A stretch of DNA of 64,000 nucleotides from Gemmatales bacterium. Its GTDB lineage: Bacteria > Planctomycetota > Planctomycetia > Gemmatales > HRBIN36. The notes under the pieces are model-generated. The model was not told where the DNA came from. It did no database searches and worked only from the letters and a program-made list of their open reading frames with translations. This document shows, in pieces, positions 39,629 through 50,068 of the stretch (positions are counted from its first letter, which is position 1; every line of letters starts with the position of its first letter). A program made the position numbers and the translations under genes. The stretch covers positions 148,773-212,772 of the forward strand of contig JBEPZY010000003.1 in the NCBI GenBank assembly GCA_041640595.1, read 5' to 3'.

Positions 39629-40561
39629 ATGGCCCACGGACTGCGGAAAAAGTGTCTGCTGATCACCGGAGCGACCGGCTCGCTGGGGGGCGAACTGGTG
39701 GCTCGCTACTACCCGGAGTATCACATCTTCGCTCACGGCCGCAACGCCGATAAGTTGTTGCGGCTGAAGATGCAGTATCCGCGGATTGAGACGGTGCTGG
39801 GCGATCTTCGCTCACCAGGTATCCGCGACGCGGTACGCCAGGCGGACATGGTCATTCACACCGCCGCTCAGAAATACGTCAACCTCGCCGAACGCCATTG
39901 TTTTTACACCGTGGATACCAACGTCAATTGCACTTTTGAGCTGGCCGATCTGGCAGCCCGGCACGGAGTGGAGCGGTTCATTTTTATCAGCACCGACAAG
40001 AGCAGTTTTCCGACCAACGTCTATGGCATTACCAAGTACCTGGCGGAACGGCTGATTCTCGAGCTGGCCGAGGTTTATCCACAGACCAGGTTCGTCATCT
40101 GCCGATTCGGAAATATTTTCGGTTCCAATGGCAGTGTGGTGCAATTGTGGCTGGAAGCGACGCGGCGACGTCAGCCGATTCAGGTTACCGATCCGGACAT
40201 GACTCGTTTCATGTTCAGCCTGGAAGATGCGACGGAGACGGTGCATTATGCCCTGACCCAGGGTCGAAGCGGCGACATCATCATCCCGAAGATGAAAAGC
40301 GTTTGCCTGCGGGACCTGATGCAACTGTTCGCTGGTGCACGAATTGAAATCATTGGCCGCCGGCCAGGGGAGAAAATTCACGAGACGCTTTACGTTCACG
40401 GCGAGGTAGCGACAGGTTACGAGACGGACAGGTATTACGTACTCAATGCCCACGACAGCCAGCCGCTGAATATACGCGAGCTGAATTCGGCAGAGTGTGA
40501 GCGCGTGCCGGTGGCGACATTGCGGTTGTGGCTGGAGCAGGTGCAACGCCGCGCCGCCTGA
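39629..40561 (+). CDS. UDP-sugar 4,6-dehydratase, PseB/FlaA1/CapD-like
   Basis: ITGATGSLG, HTAAQK, ISTDK, YGITK, RFGNIFGSNGSV, MTRF and RPGEKIHE motifs. Confidence 0.88.
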   Translation: MAHGLRKKCLLITGATGSLGGELVARYYPEYHIFAHGRNADKLLRLKMQYPRIETVLGDLRSPGIRDAVRQADMVIHTAAQKYVNLAERHCFYTVDTNVNCTFELADLAARHGVERFIFISTDKSSFPTNVYGITKYLAERLILELAEVYPQTRFVICRFGNIFGSNGSVVQLWLEATRRRQPIQVTDPDMTRFMFSLEDATETVHYALTQGRSGDIIIPKMKSVCLRDLMQLFAGARIEIIGRRPGEKIHETLYVHGEVATGYETDRYYVLNAHDSQPLNIRELNSAECERVPVATLRLWLEQVQRRAA

Positions 40562-40562
40562 A

Positions 40563-41504
40563 TTACTTTTCTCGCCGCGATAACCAGACGCTGACCGGTG
40601 TTTGCAGCGGCGGAATGGCTTCGGTGTTGGCTTCGAACAGCAAACCTTCTTGCTCCTTGTCCGAACTCAGAATGGGCAGATCGAGCAGAGCCACCGGAAA
40701 ATTCGCCACGCAAATGACTCGTCCCAGATTGGCACCGAAAAAAGTCGGCTTACCGGTGTTTTCGATGTCTAAGAATCGGCTCCCGACGAAAACCCAGTCG
40801 TGCTGCAAAGTTTGTTTTTTGTCCACATCGCGTACCCACCGCTGGGCCGGCACCACGATCAAGTCGCCGACCGCATTGCGGTAAGCACACTGCACGACGA
40901 TCGGCTCGCCCTGGGGCGGGACAAAAATGCGTCGGCCGTTTTCCTCGCGATATTCCATCGGTTTGCCCGGTTTTGCGCCGATGGCCAATAGGGCCACATG
41001 CAGATGCAAAGCGTCTATGTCGGCGGCCAATACGGATTCGTGATTCTTGCCGGCCGACTGGGTCGTCAGCAGATGTTCGAGATAGCCGTGCCGCAGGACT
41101 ACCATGGCCGTTACGGAAACCTGCTTATCCGCGCCAGGTCGAACTATGAAAACTCGCCGTACAGCCCAGGAAGTCAAACCGCCAGGCATCGGTGCCAGGG
41201 CCAATGCCTGGAGTGTTCCGATAGCCAGCTCCCGTATCGCCACTTCCGGTGGTTGACGCACCTGCACAAACACGTTGGGGCCGATGGCCGCATGGGTCGA
41301 AAAGAACAACTCGCCCGCAAATCCCGGATAGCGCGCAGGCTTACGCTGAGGCTGAGCGGACGCCGGTGGATTCGGTTTGGCACTCGGGGTCTGCTGCGGC
41401 AACGGAGGATGCTGACCGCGACCATCGTCCTGACAACTGGACAGAACCAGGCAACTAAGCAATAACAGGCCGGTAAACCAGGTTGGTAAATTTTTGCCGC
41501 CCAT
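40563..41504 (-). CDS. YdjY-like domain lipoprotein
   Basis: LSSC lipobox; LEHLL, HESVL, WVFVGS, ICVANF and FEANTEAIPP motifs; GGGAG RBS before ATG 41504. Confidence 0.75.
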   Translation of the reverse strand: MGGKNLPTWFTGLLLLSCLVLSSCQDDGRGQHPPLPQQTPSAKPNPPASAQPQRKPARYPGFAGELFFSTHAAIGPNVFVQVRQPPEVAIRELAIGTLQALALAPMPGGLTSWAVRRVFIVRPGADKQVSVTAMVVLRHGYLEHLLTTQSAGKNHESVLAADIDALHLHVALLAIGAKPGKPMEYREENGRRIFVPPQGEPIVVQCAYRNAVGDLIVVPAQRWVRDVDKKQTLQHDWVFVGSRFLDIENTGKPTFFGANLGRVICVANFPVALLDLPILSSDKEQEGLLFEANTEAIPPLQTPVSVWLSRREK

Positions 41505-42050
41505 GATGATTCTCCCGTTCGCGCTTATGGCGCTGGCAGACATGCTGCCTCGGTCAGCGGACACCTCGGTTCCATCAGCCGAGACACCGATCCCGTGAGA
41601 CGACACATCACTTTGGTTAGCGGACATACCGCTTCGGTCGGCGGGTACGCCCCGGTGATCGTCGCGGTTGCTCGTTAAGCGATCATCACACGCCGCCCTA
41701 ATCATTAGATGCCGGCAAGGTCAAACGGACAAGCAGTCAACGGACAAACGGCCTTAGTCGCCGGCAGCTTCTGGCCATCCCTATACACTGAACCGATGCG
41801 GGCGCGCTGGTTGATGACACGGTCATCGAAGAATGGAAAGCTTCGGGCCCTCCCTATCAACTGAACCGGTGCGGGCCCAATACGCAAACCTGCTCGAACG
41901 GCAATCATCTTTTGCACCTGGCTTGGGCTCGATAAGCGGCGGGCGAGTACTGGCTGGTGGCGGGCGACGGGTGACCAGTGAGGGCTGTCGGCGACCTGAG
42001 CAATGCCTGGGCAGGAAACCTGGCGATAGAATGGTAGCAGGAGGTGTGGC

Positions 42051-43640
42051 GTGTTTCGCAATGTGCTGCGAGTGCTTGGCCGAAATCCGGAAACGGTTGG
42101 TGGGATTGCGGCTGGTCTGGTGCTGGTTTCATTGTTGATGTGGTGGCTGGTTTCGCGGCAGGGCGGTGGGCTAACGGTACCCGCTTTATCTTCGGGAGAG
42201 CAGGAAATTGCCTGGCTGATGCCGGCGACGAATCGGCCGAACTGGGACCGTTTCCTCGAGGCCGCTCGTTTGCTGGTGGCCCATTCCGGTGGAGAACTTT
42301 CCTGGGCCAGCGATCCGGTGCTGGCACGCGGTTCACGGGATATTCCCGGTTTCGCTCTGGCTCGACGAAATGGCACAGGACGGTTGTGGTTCCGCTGGTA
42401 CAAGCTGACCAGCGACTACTCGGCGGAGCACTGGCTGGCGGGATTGTTGCGACGCCGACCCAAGCCCCTGGCGATTCTCGGTGGCAATACCAGCGACCGT
42501 GCCCTGGAACTGGCTCGATTACTTCGACACTGGCACGACTCCGACAGCAGTACTCCAGCGCTCCTGCTGACCACTGCCACCGCAGATGACGTCGAGGTCG
42601 CGCCTGGTGAAGGACTTTATCCCCTGCTCCAGGTGTACCCGCAGCGAAGCTTTCGCTTTTGTTTCACGAACCGACAAATGGCCGACGCGCTGGTGGATTT
42701 TCTATCCTGCCGGCCGGATTGGTTGCCCGAAGATAGTGTCTGGGATGCCATAACCTGGCGGGATGACCCCTATTCCGAGGATTTTACCAACCGCGTTAGC
42801 GACGCCCTGCTCCAGCGAAATCTCGGGCAGGTGCGAAAGTCGGTCGTGCCTTACAGCGTTGGCGAGGCTTGGCTACCCAACGTGCGGGAACGCCAGATCA
42901 TCGAAGAGGACCTGGCCGAGCGGATAGCGCAAACACCGGCCTCGCCGCGCGTTCTGGTTTTGCCCACAGTGGAACGAACCGCGCGACGGGTGCTGATCGG
43001 CCTGGGGCAAGCAGCGCCCTTGACCGCGGGGCAGATTACCGTAGTGGTCGGCGATTCCATCAGCTTCAACGTGGTCTGCCGCGACCGACGGCTGCTCTGG
43101 CCAACGGAATTGCTGCCCATGCGGGTGCTCCTTTTCGCTCACGAAGACCCGGCACACCTGATGGGCACCACGTCGCCCCGGCTGGCGGAACTGGCTTCCC
43201 AGACCGCATCCGCGATAGGCAAGGTGTGTGGCCAGTGGCCAGTGAGCATTCCCGCGTTCAGCCAGCTATGCAACCGGCATGCTGCTACGGACGATCTGCT
43301 TTTGTGGGTGCGGATTCTGCAAGCGGTAACCCAGGCCGCCTGGACGACGCAAAGCAGCCAGCATCAGCCTGCTGCTCCCGGACCGGGATCACACCTGGCG
43401 GATGTGGAAACGTTCCTGATGCGGCTGCGGAATTTCCGAAACGAGCAGGGAGAACCTTTCTTCGAGGCCGACGGCAATCGTCGTTTGGGTTCCGGTGAGT
43501 ATGTCGTCTGTTTGCAACCTGTACGCCGACCTTACCGTCTCGATACTTGGGCGGTGCTTGAAATCTGGCACAGGCGTCCCGATCCGGAACGGCAACGGTC
43601 CTGGTATCTGCAAAATCGCTGGCTTTTGTGCGAGGAGTAA
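42051..43640 (+). CDS. membrane-anchored extracytoplasmic protein, possibly a type I periplasmic-binding fold
   Basis: AGGAGG RBS, N-terminal TM helix, AILGGNTSDRALELA motif; directly upstream of a histidine kinase. Confidence 0.7.
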   Translation: MFRNVLRVLGRNPETVGGIAAGLVLVSLLMWWLVSRQGGGLTVPALSSGEQEIAWLMPATNRPNWDRFLEAARLLVAHSGGELSWASDPVLARGSRDIPGFALARRNGTGRLWFRWYKLTSDYSAEHWLAGLLRRRPKPLAILGGNTSDRALELARLLRHWHDSDSSTPALLLTTATADDVEVAPGEGLYPLLQVYPQRSFRFCFTNRQMADALVDFLSCRPDWLPEDSVWDAITWRDDPYSEDFTNRVSDALLQRNLGQVRKSVVPYSVGEAWLPNVRERQIIEEDLAERIAQTPASPRVLVLPTVERTARRVLIGLGQAAPLTAGQITVVVGDSISFNVVCRDRRLLWPTELLPMRVLLFAHEDPAHLMGTTSPRLAELASQTASAIGKVCGQWPVSIPAFSQLCNRHAATDDLLLWVRILQAVTQAAWTTQSSQHQPAAPGPGSHLADVETFLMRLRNFRNEQGEPFFEADGNRRLGSGEYVVCLQPVRRPYRLDTWAVLEIWHRRPDPERQRSWYLQNRWLLCEE

Positions 43641-43690
43641 GTAACCGCAGCCGGTCGGAAGGAATTAGCCATTTGAGGCGAGATAAGCCC

Positions 43691-45484
43691 GTGAAGCTCT
43701 GGCGGGAGTGGCTGATTGGTCTGGTGCCGCCGCTTATTTTGCTGGTGCTGCTCGCACTGGCGAGCGGTTACGCGGTTTATTTTCGCTTTCGCGGTGAGGA
43801 AGCTGCCGACGAACGCGCCCTCCGCGAATGGCTCGAAGAATCACGCGTCTTCCGCAAAACCCTTTCGGAACTGGGCCGCGAGTATTTCTCCGCCACCTCC
43901 GCAGAACAACGCGAAAAGCTCCGACAGGAATTGCAGGACCAGTTGTATGCGATCGCCGCCCCGCTGCGTCAGTTTGCCACTCACCTGCCTTTGTTTCCCA
44001 CGGTGTATCGCCTGGAATTGCATTTACGGCCGTCTGGAAAAAACCGTGCCACTGCTTCGTCACCTGACAACTTTGCCGGCGATCCCACTGACAACGGGTT
44101 GACGTTACTTTCCGACCAGCGTCCGGAACAAAACCCCGACGCGGCGCAAACCGTTATCGTGTGGGAAAGCGCGTTGCCTTTCGACGCCGAGCAGGTTCGC
44201 CGGCTGGAACACGTGCTGGTAGAAGATGCGCTCGGAAGCATGCGGGCGGTGGTCTGGTATCAGTTACACGCCTTCGCGCATCAGCAACTTCGCGCCATGG
44301 AACAGGAACGGTTTACCTGGGGACTGCTAAGTCTCATCCTGGGCATCTCGTTGGCAGCAGTGGCCTGGGTAGCGGTCTATCTGTTCCGACAGCGACGCCG
44401 GGAGCAGGAAGCCACCGCCGCACGTCAGCGGTTAGAGGAAGCGCGTCGGCTGGCCCTGGAAAACGAATTACGCCGACAGCGAGCCGAGCAGGAGGCCCTG
44501 CAGTTGCGTTCGCAGATTTTCGCCCAGCTGGCCGTGCTCGCCGGCTGTTATGCCCACAACATCAAGAATCTGCTGGTGCGGCCGATAGCCCTGCTGCGGC
44601 AGTGCTTGCAGCAACCGATTGAAGATCAGCTCCGCACCGCTTTGCAGGAAGTGGAAAGCGCACTGGGCACCGTGACCGATCGTTTGCAGGAAATTCTCCA
44701 CACCGTCCGGCGCGATCCCACGCAAAGCGAGCGAGTCCATTTCGATCTGAACAGCCTGGTCAGCGAAGTGCATGCGCAGTGGTCGGAACTGGCCCGTCAG
44801 CGCTGGAAGCTGGAATTGCAAGTCGAACCGAACCCGGAGCCGCTTCCGGTCTTTGCCGATCGTTCGCAGATTCTGCAAGCAGTGGAAAATCTCCTGTTCA
44901 ATGCTCGCGATGCGACCTTCGAAATGCGGAACCGCTTACGTCAGCGTGCCTATGCCGAAATGGGCGACGCCGAGGCTCGTAAACAGGCACTGTTGCAAGC
45001 GGCAGCCTGGCGAGGGTGCGTAGAGTTGCGCACGTATCGTCTGCCGATGAACATTCGCCCCGCGGCAACGCCACCGGAGATTGCTTCCAAACCGCAATCA
45101 TCTGCCGTACCCACGCACCGTGCCGGTGAATGCACCGGTTCCGAAAACAATAATCCGCTACCGGATGGGCACACACAACGGAGCCGAGCCGCAACCTGGG
45201 CGGTTCTCGAAGTCAGCGATAACGGAGTCGGCATGACGCCCGAAGTCCTGGCTCGATGTACCGAACCATATTTCACCACCAAACGCGACAGCGCTGTTCA
45301 TGAAGGCAACGCCACCGGCATCGGCCTGGGATTAGCTTTCGTTCGCATTATCGTCGAGCAACATGGCGGTCAGTTGCACATGGAGTCGTGTCCGGAAGCG
45401 GGAACTCGGGTATGTTTGCTGCTGCCGATGCAGGAAGCGGACGTGCTCCCGACCACCGCCAGAGAAGCTCCTGCCTCAGCATAG
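43691..45484 (+). CDS. sensor histidine kinase
   Basis: Two TM helices, H-box AHNIKN, N-box NLLFNA, DNGVGM, PYFTTK and GIGLGL motifs. Confidence 0.9.
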   Translation: MKLWREWLIGLVPPLILLVLLALASGYAVYFRFRGEEAADERALREWLEESRVFRKTLSELGREYFSATSAEQREKLRQELQDQLYAIAAPLRQFATHLPLFPTVYRLELHLRPSGKNRATASSPDNFAGDPTDNGLTLLSDQRPEQNPDAAQTVIVWESALPFDAEQVRRLEHVLVEDALGSMRAVVWYQLHAFAHQQLRAMEQERFTWGLLSLILGISLAAVAWVAVYLFRQRRREQEATAARQRLEEARRLALENELRRQRAEQEALQLRSQIFAQLAVLAGCYAHNIKNLLVRPIALLRQCLQQPIEDQLRTALQEVESALGTVTDRLQEILHTVRRDPTQSERVHFDLNSLVSEVHAQWSELARQRWKLELQVEPNPEPLPVFADRSQILQAVENLLFNARDATFEMRNRLRQRAYAEMGDAEARKQALLQAAAWRGCVELRTYRLPMNIRPAATPPEIASKPQSSAVPTHRAGECTGSENNNPLPDGHTQRSRAATWAVLEVSDNGVGMTPEVLARCTEPYFTTKRDSAVHEGNATGIGLGLAFVRIIVEQHGGQLHMESCPEAGTRVCLLLPMQEADVLPTTAREAPASA

Positions 45485-47125
45485 ACCATCGCGCAAGATT
45501 TCGCGGGCAGCGTTATAACCGCAGGCTCCCATCACACCACCGCCCGGATGCGTGGCTGCGCCGCACAGGTACAATCCGCGGATCGGCGTGCGGTAATTCG
45601 CATACCCCGGCACCGGACGAAAGCAAAACAGTTGCGGCAGGGTCATCGCTCCCTGAAAGATGTTGCCGCCGGTCAGACTGAACTCCCGCTCCAAATCCAG
45701 CGGCGAGAGCACCTGCCGATGCAGCACGGCTCGCGGCACGTTGGGAGCATATTGCCCGACAATTTCCAGACAGCGATCGGCAAATGCCTCTTTGATTTCG
45801 TCCCAGTTTCCTTGCCGCAAATGATACGGTGCATACTGCACGAAAATGGACATGATGTGGCGACCAGGCGGGGCAACGGTGGCATCCACCGTGCTCGGTA
45901 CGGTGATCTCCAGAATCGGTGCTTGCGAGGGTTGACCGTACTTGGCATCGTCAAACGCACGCTCCAGGTAGTCGAAACCAGGGCAGATGTGAATGGTACC
46001 GTGAAGCTGTCCCCGATCATTTCCCGGCAGAGCCGTGAAACTGGGCGCTTCTGCCAGAGCCAGGTTGATTTTCATCGAAGCACTGGAGTAATCCAGTCGG
46101 CGGACGGCTTCGAGGAAATCCTCGGGTAACGTTTGCGGCTCGCACAGCCGGAGAAAAGTTACGTGGGCATCGGCGTTGGAGACGACGACGGAACTGCGAA
46201 ACTCGCGGCCATCGGTGAGCACTACCCCGCGTGCCTGGTCACGCTCGACGAGAATGCGAGCTACCTCCGCCTGGGTCAGGATGGCGGCTCCGTGCTCCTG
46301 AGCCGCACTGGCAAGGGCGCGCGTCAAGGCCCCCATGCCGCCCTGCACATAGCCCCACACTCCCCGCACGCCTTCGCACTCACCCATTACGTGATGAAAC
46401 AACACATAAGCGGTACCAGGCTGCGACGGGGAAGCCAGCGTTCCGATGATCGCATCCGTGGCAAGCGTCACCTTCAGTTCTTCCGATTCAAACCAGCGGT
46501 CGAGAATACTGCGGGCCGGAGCAGTGAGAATCTCCACCAGACGGTGTCCCAGTTGCCGACCCAGACCCCGAAATCGCCAGCCGAGTCGCAGCGTACCGGT
46601 AAGGTCCTGCCAGGTGTTGGCCCACGGATCGGGGGGCGTTTGCATCAAGGTAGGTTCGATAAAGCCTGCGATCTCTTCCAGCCAGCGTTCGTAGCGCGGG
46701 TAGGCTTCGGCATCGCGTCTGGAGAATTTGCCGATTTCAGCGGCGTTCAAATCGGCATCCGGACCCAGTAAAAGATACCTGCCATCCGGAAAGGGCGTAA
46801 ACGAAGAGGGTCGGCGTGGCAGCATCTGAAACCCGTGCCGTTTCAGTTCCAGCTCTCGAACAATCTCCGGGCGAAACAGGCTGTTGACGTAAGCGCACAC
46901 CGAGACCTGAAAACCTGGCCACAGTTCCTCGGTAACACATGCCCCGCCCACGACGTGGCGACGCTCCAGTACCAGCACGCTTTTCCCTGCACGGGCCAGA
47001 TAGGCAGCACAAACTAGCCCGTTGTGACCGGCACCAATAACGATGGCGTCATAAAAACTGCGGAGCGCTGGCGAAGGCAGGGTCGAACCGACTGAGCGAG
47101 ACCGATTCTCTGCCGGGCCAGCCAT
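45476..47125 (-). CDS. phytoene dehydrogenase-like FAD oxidoreductase
   Basis: IGAGHNGL, LERR, GGNIFQG and LYLCGAATHPGGGV motifs. Confidence 0.9.
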   Translation of the reverse strand: MAGPAENRSRSVGSTLPSPALRSFYDAIVIGAGHNGLVCAAYLARAGKSVLVLERRHVVGGACVTEELWPGFQVSVCAYVNSLFRPEIVRELELKRHGFQMLPRRPSSFTPFPDGRYLLLGPDADLNAAEIGKFSRRDAEAYPRYERWLEEIAGFIEPTLMQTPPDPWANTWQDLTGTLRLGWRFRGLGRQLGHRLVEILTAPARSILDRWFESEELKVTLATDAIIGTLASPSQPGTAYVLFHHVMGECEGVRGVWGYVQGGMGALTRALASAAQEHGAAILTQAEVARILVERDQARGVVLTDGREFRSSVVVSNADAHVTFLRLCEPQTLPEDFLEAVRRLDYSSASMKINLALAEAPSFTALPGNDRGQLHGTIHICPGFDYLERAFDDAKYGQPSQAPILEITVPSTVDATVAPPGRHIMSIFVQYAPYHLRQGNWDEIKEAFADRCLEIVGQYAPNVPRAVLHRQVLSPLDLEREFSLTGGNIFQGAMTLPQLFCFRPVPGYANYRTPIRGLYLCGAATHPGGGVMGACGYNAAREILRDGLC

Positions 47126-47317
47126 GGCCTCCTCCGTTGCACCTCATCAAGGGCGACCTGGTCATCGCCCTGGCCGTCGGTTGGCAATCTGCCGGTCGCC
47201 CCTGCAATTGGCTGCCGAGAGGGCGAAGGTTGCTGCGCTGGGCAACGGTTCACCCGTGGTCCCTGCAACGGTGACGAGCTGGCGGTTGCCCCTTCCGCTC
47301 CCCAGTAACCGTCGGCA

Positions 47318-48205
47318 TCACTCTTTAGCCGGTTTACCGCTGCCGATGGTGTACAGGTAGATGATGTGATCGCGGAAACCGCTTTGTTCGCTCACCGTGA
47401 CTACCGAATCGGGTTTCCAGCCGGGCACTTCGAAGTCGTGCGAAACCACGCGGGCGCCGGGCTTCAGTTCACGCTCCAGGATGGGGCGAACTTTCTGGTT
47501 GAATTCGGGCAACATGTACAGTGTGACGACGGTAGCGCGGCTGATGTCATGGACTTTGAGAGCATCGCCCAGACGGATTTCCACGAGCTTTTCGACACCG
47601 TTTTTCTTGACGTTTTCCAGTGCCTCCTTGACCCGCACGGGGTCAATATCAATACCGACACCGCGAGCGCCGAATTTTTTGGCGGCCAGCACGACGATCC
47701 GTCCGTCGCCGCATCCCAGATCATAGACGATGTCGTTTTTGCTCACCTTGGCTACTTCGAGCATCTTCATCACCACCTCTTCGGAGGTGGGCACGAAGAT
47801 AATCTCGCTGGAAGCGGTGTCTTTGCCTGGCCGCAAATCCACGACGACTTCCTTGCCGGCTTCAAATTCCACGACCCGCATCCGCACGTGTTTGAAGCCG
47901 TTGGTGGGATGGATGAGTTTGAGCACGTAGAAGTAAGTTTTGCCCGGTTCCAGTGGCGGTGTCAAAAAGAGGCGTTCCTCGCCGGTGGATTTGGTCTTTT
48001 CCCCACCAATTTCCAGCTCGGCATCTTTCGGTAACAGGACGCGAATCAGCGCTTTGTCCGACGGAATGGGGTTACTGCTCTGCTGCTGCCCCACGGCGCT
48101 GATACGCCAGCCTGTCCAGGCCAGCGCAGCCAACAAACCCAGTCCTGCAACCAGGGCCAGCACGATAGTGCAAATCCGTGCACGCACCATTTGTTGCCGC
48201 ATCAT
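47318..48205 (-). CDS. TIGR03000 domain plus class I SAM methyltransferase, N-terminal TM/signal
   Basis: FLTPPLEPGKTY (TIGR03000); FVPT, YDLGCGDGRI, LYMLP and VVSHDF motifs. Confidence 0.88.
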   Translation of the reverse strand: MMRQQMVRARICTIVLALVAGLGLLAALAWTGWRISAVGQQQSSNPIPSDKALIRVLLPKDAELEIGGEKTKSTGEERLFLTPPLEPGKTYFYVLKLIHPTNGFKHVRMRVVEFEAGKEVVVDLRPGKDTASSEIIFVPTSEEVVMKMLEVAKVSKNDIVYDLGCGDGRIVVLAAKKFGARGVGIDIDPVRVKEALENVKKNGVEKLVEIRLGDALKVHDISRATVVTLYMLPEFNQKVRPILERELKPGARVVSHDFEVPGWKPDSVVTVSEQSGFRDHIIYLYTIGSGKPAKE

Positions 48206-48271
48206 TTTGCTCTCCTCGTAAGCGATTCGTCCCAGGGATCACCGGGGAAAAGCGCGTCGCTCTCGTCGGCG

Positions 48272-49765
48272 CTAATTTCCTTCCTTTTGCAGCGGGATGA
48301 TATAGAGATACACCGTATGTTCGCGTGCGAATCCTTCACCGGGATCTACGCGCACTTCCTTGACGTGTTTGTAGCCGGGGATGCGAAAATCGTGGGTGAC
48401 CACGCGCGAGCCGGGTTTCATCTTCTGCAATTGCGGCACCAGTTTCGCGTTCAGGTTGGGCAACAGGTACAAACAAACAACGGTCGCGGGACTGACGTCC
48501 ACGGTGAAGATGTCGCGCTGTTCGATTTTGACCAGGTCTTCCACGCCGTTTTTCTTGACGTTTTCCAGCGACTCCTTGATGCGTTCGGGGTCAATGTCGT
48601 AGCCGACGGCCTTGCACTTGTACTTGCGGGCAGCGGTGACGACGATGCGTCCATCGCCACAACCCAGGTCGTACACGACATCGTCTTTGGTCACGCCGGC
48701 CACTTCCAGCATCTTTTCCACCACTTTTTGCGGTGTAGGAACGTACACGACATCCGGTTTGAGCTTCGGCTTGTCCTGCTGGAGGACATAAAACGCATCA
48801 GCTGCGCGGTTGCCCAATCCTTTGCCGGGTGCCTCCGGCTTATCAGACCCTTTGATAATCCACAAATAAACGTCGTGTTCCAGGCCGTTCTCGTCGGTTA
48901 CGGTGATGTGTTTATCGGGCTTCCAATCGCCCATGTCGAAATCGTGGGAGACGATGCGGGTGCCCGGCTTGAGTTTCTGCAACTTCGGCCGCAGTTTCAG
49001 ATTCAATTCGGGGAGCAGGTACAGGGTGATTACGGTGGCCTCGCTCAGGTCCACCTGGAAGAGATCGGCCCGCTCAATGGTGACGAGCTTTTCGACGCCA
49101 TTCTTTTTGACATTGTCCAGCGACTCTTTGATCCGCTCGGGATCAATGTCGATCCCCTTCCCGCGTGCTCCGTACTTTTTGGCCGCCGTGACCACTATCC
49201 GCCCATCACCGCAGCCCAGGTCATACACGACATCCTTGTTGGTCACCTGGGCCAGTTCCAGCATCTTCTCCACCACAGGTTGCGGCGTGGGAACGAAGAT
49301 AACGTCGGGCTTGCGATTTACTGGCGGCTCTTTTTTCTCTGGGGCCGGCTGAACCGGTTTAGGCTCGGCTTTTTTCTCCTCGGCCTTCTTTTCAGCGGGC
49401 TTTTTATCTTCGGGCTTTTTCACCGGTGGCTTCTGATCGGTCTTTTTCGGTTCGGGACGGGCTACGCGGAAATCAAATTCGGCCGGTTTGCCGCCGACGA
49501 ACGTGATCACCTCTTTGCGCACCGTGCCGTCCGCGTAGATGATCACCACGTCGTAGGTGTACTCGCGCCCCGCACGAATCGGCGGCGTCAGAAATTGCCG
49601 CAACTCACCGGTCGCCTTGGTAGCGTAGCCGCCGATTTCCAGTTTCGCGTCCGCGGGAACACGGATGGTGATCCCCGTCTGGACAAGAACCTCGCGCTGG
49701 GCCAGCGTGACAGTTACGCTCACGTCCAGCAGGAGCAGCAGCGTCAGGCCAATCCGCTTCGACAT
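48272..49765 (-). CDS. signal peptide plus TIGR03000 domain plus two tandem SAM methyltransferase domains
   Basis: FLTPPIRAGREY; P/K-rich linker; two copies of VPTP...YDLGCGDGRI...LYLLP...HDF. Confidence 0.9.
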   Translation of the reverse strand: MSKRIGLTLLLLLDVSVTVTLAQREVLVQTGITIRVPADAKLEIGGYATKATGELRQFLTPPIRAGREYTYDVVIIYADGTVRKEVITFVGGKPAEFDFRVARPEPKKTDQKPPVKKPEDKKPAEKKAEEKKAEPKPVQPAPEKKEPPVNRKPDVIFVPTPQPVVEKMLELAQVTNKDVVYDLGCGDGRIVVTAAKKYGARGKGIDIDPERIKESLDNVKKNGVEKLVTIERADLFQVDLSEATVITLYLLPELNLKLRPKLQKLKPGTRIVSHDFDMGDWKPDKHITVTDENGLEHDVYLWIIKGSDKPEAPGKGLGNRAADAFYVLQQDKPKLKPDVVYVPTPQKVVEKMLEVAGVTKDDVVYDLGCGDGRIVVTAARKYKCKAVGYDIDPERIKESLENVKKNGVEDLVKIEQRDIFTVDVSPATVVCLYLLPNLNAKLVPQLQKMKPGSRVVTHDFRIPGYKHVKEVRVDPGEGFAREHTVYLYIIPLQKEGN

Positions 49766-50068
49766 GGTTAGACTCCTCTCGGTGAAGCAGGTTTCCAGGT
49801 CACAGGAGCCAGCTCAATCACCAATGCCAGCGCCTTCAGGGTTGCAGCTACCGCATTCCTTTCGACTGTACTCATCCCTTCTTGGAGCCAGTATTGTAGA
49901 GAGAAGCGCGTGGAAATAAATCCCCCGCATTTTTGGGCGGCTGGATGTCGGCGACTCGTCACCGGCGATCTTCGGGTGTCGGGCGAAGTCCCGCGTGTTG
50001 GCTTGTTGACCATAGTTGCGGCAATTGCCCGGCATTCCGGATTTCGGTCGGGGCAACGCTTCCGGGCA

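Noticed and set aside
48191..49771. 526-aa plus-strand ORF (likewise 8969-10270 and 50678-51961)
   Set aside because: Antisense shadows of well-supported minus-strand genes.
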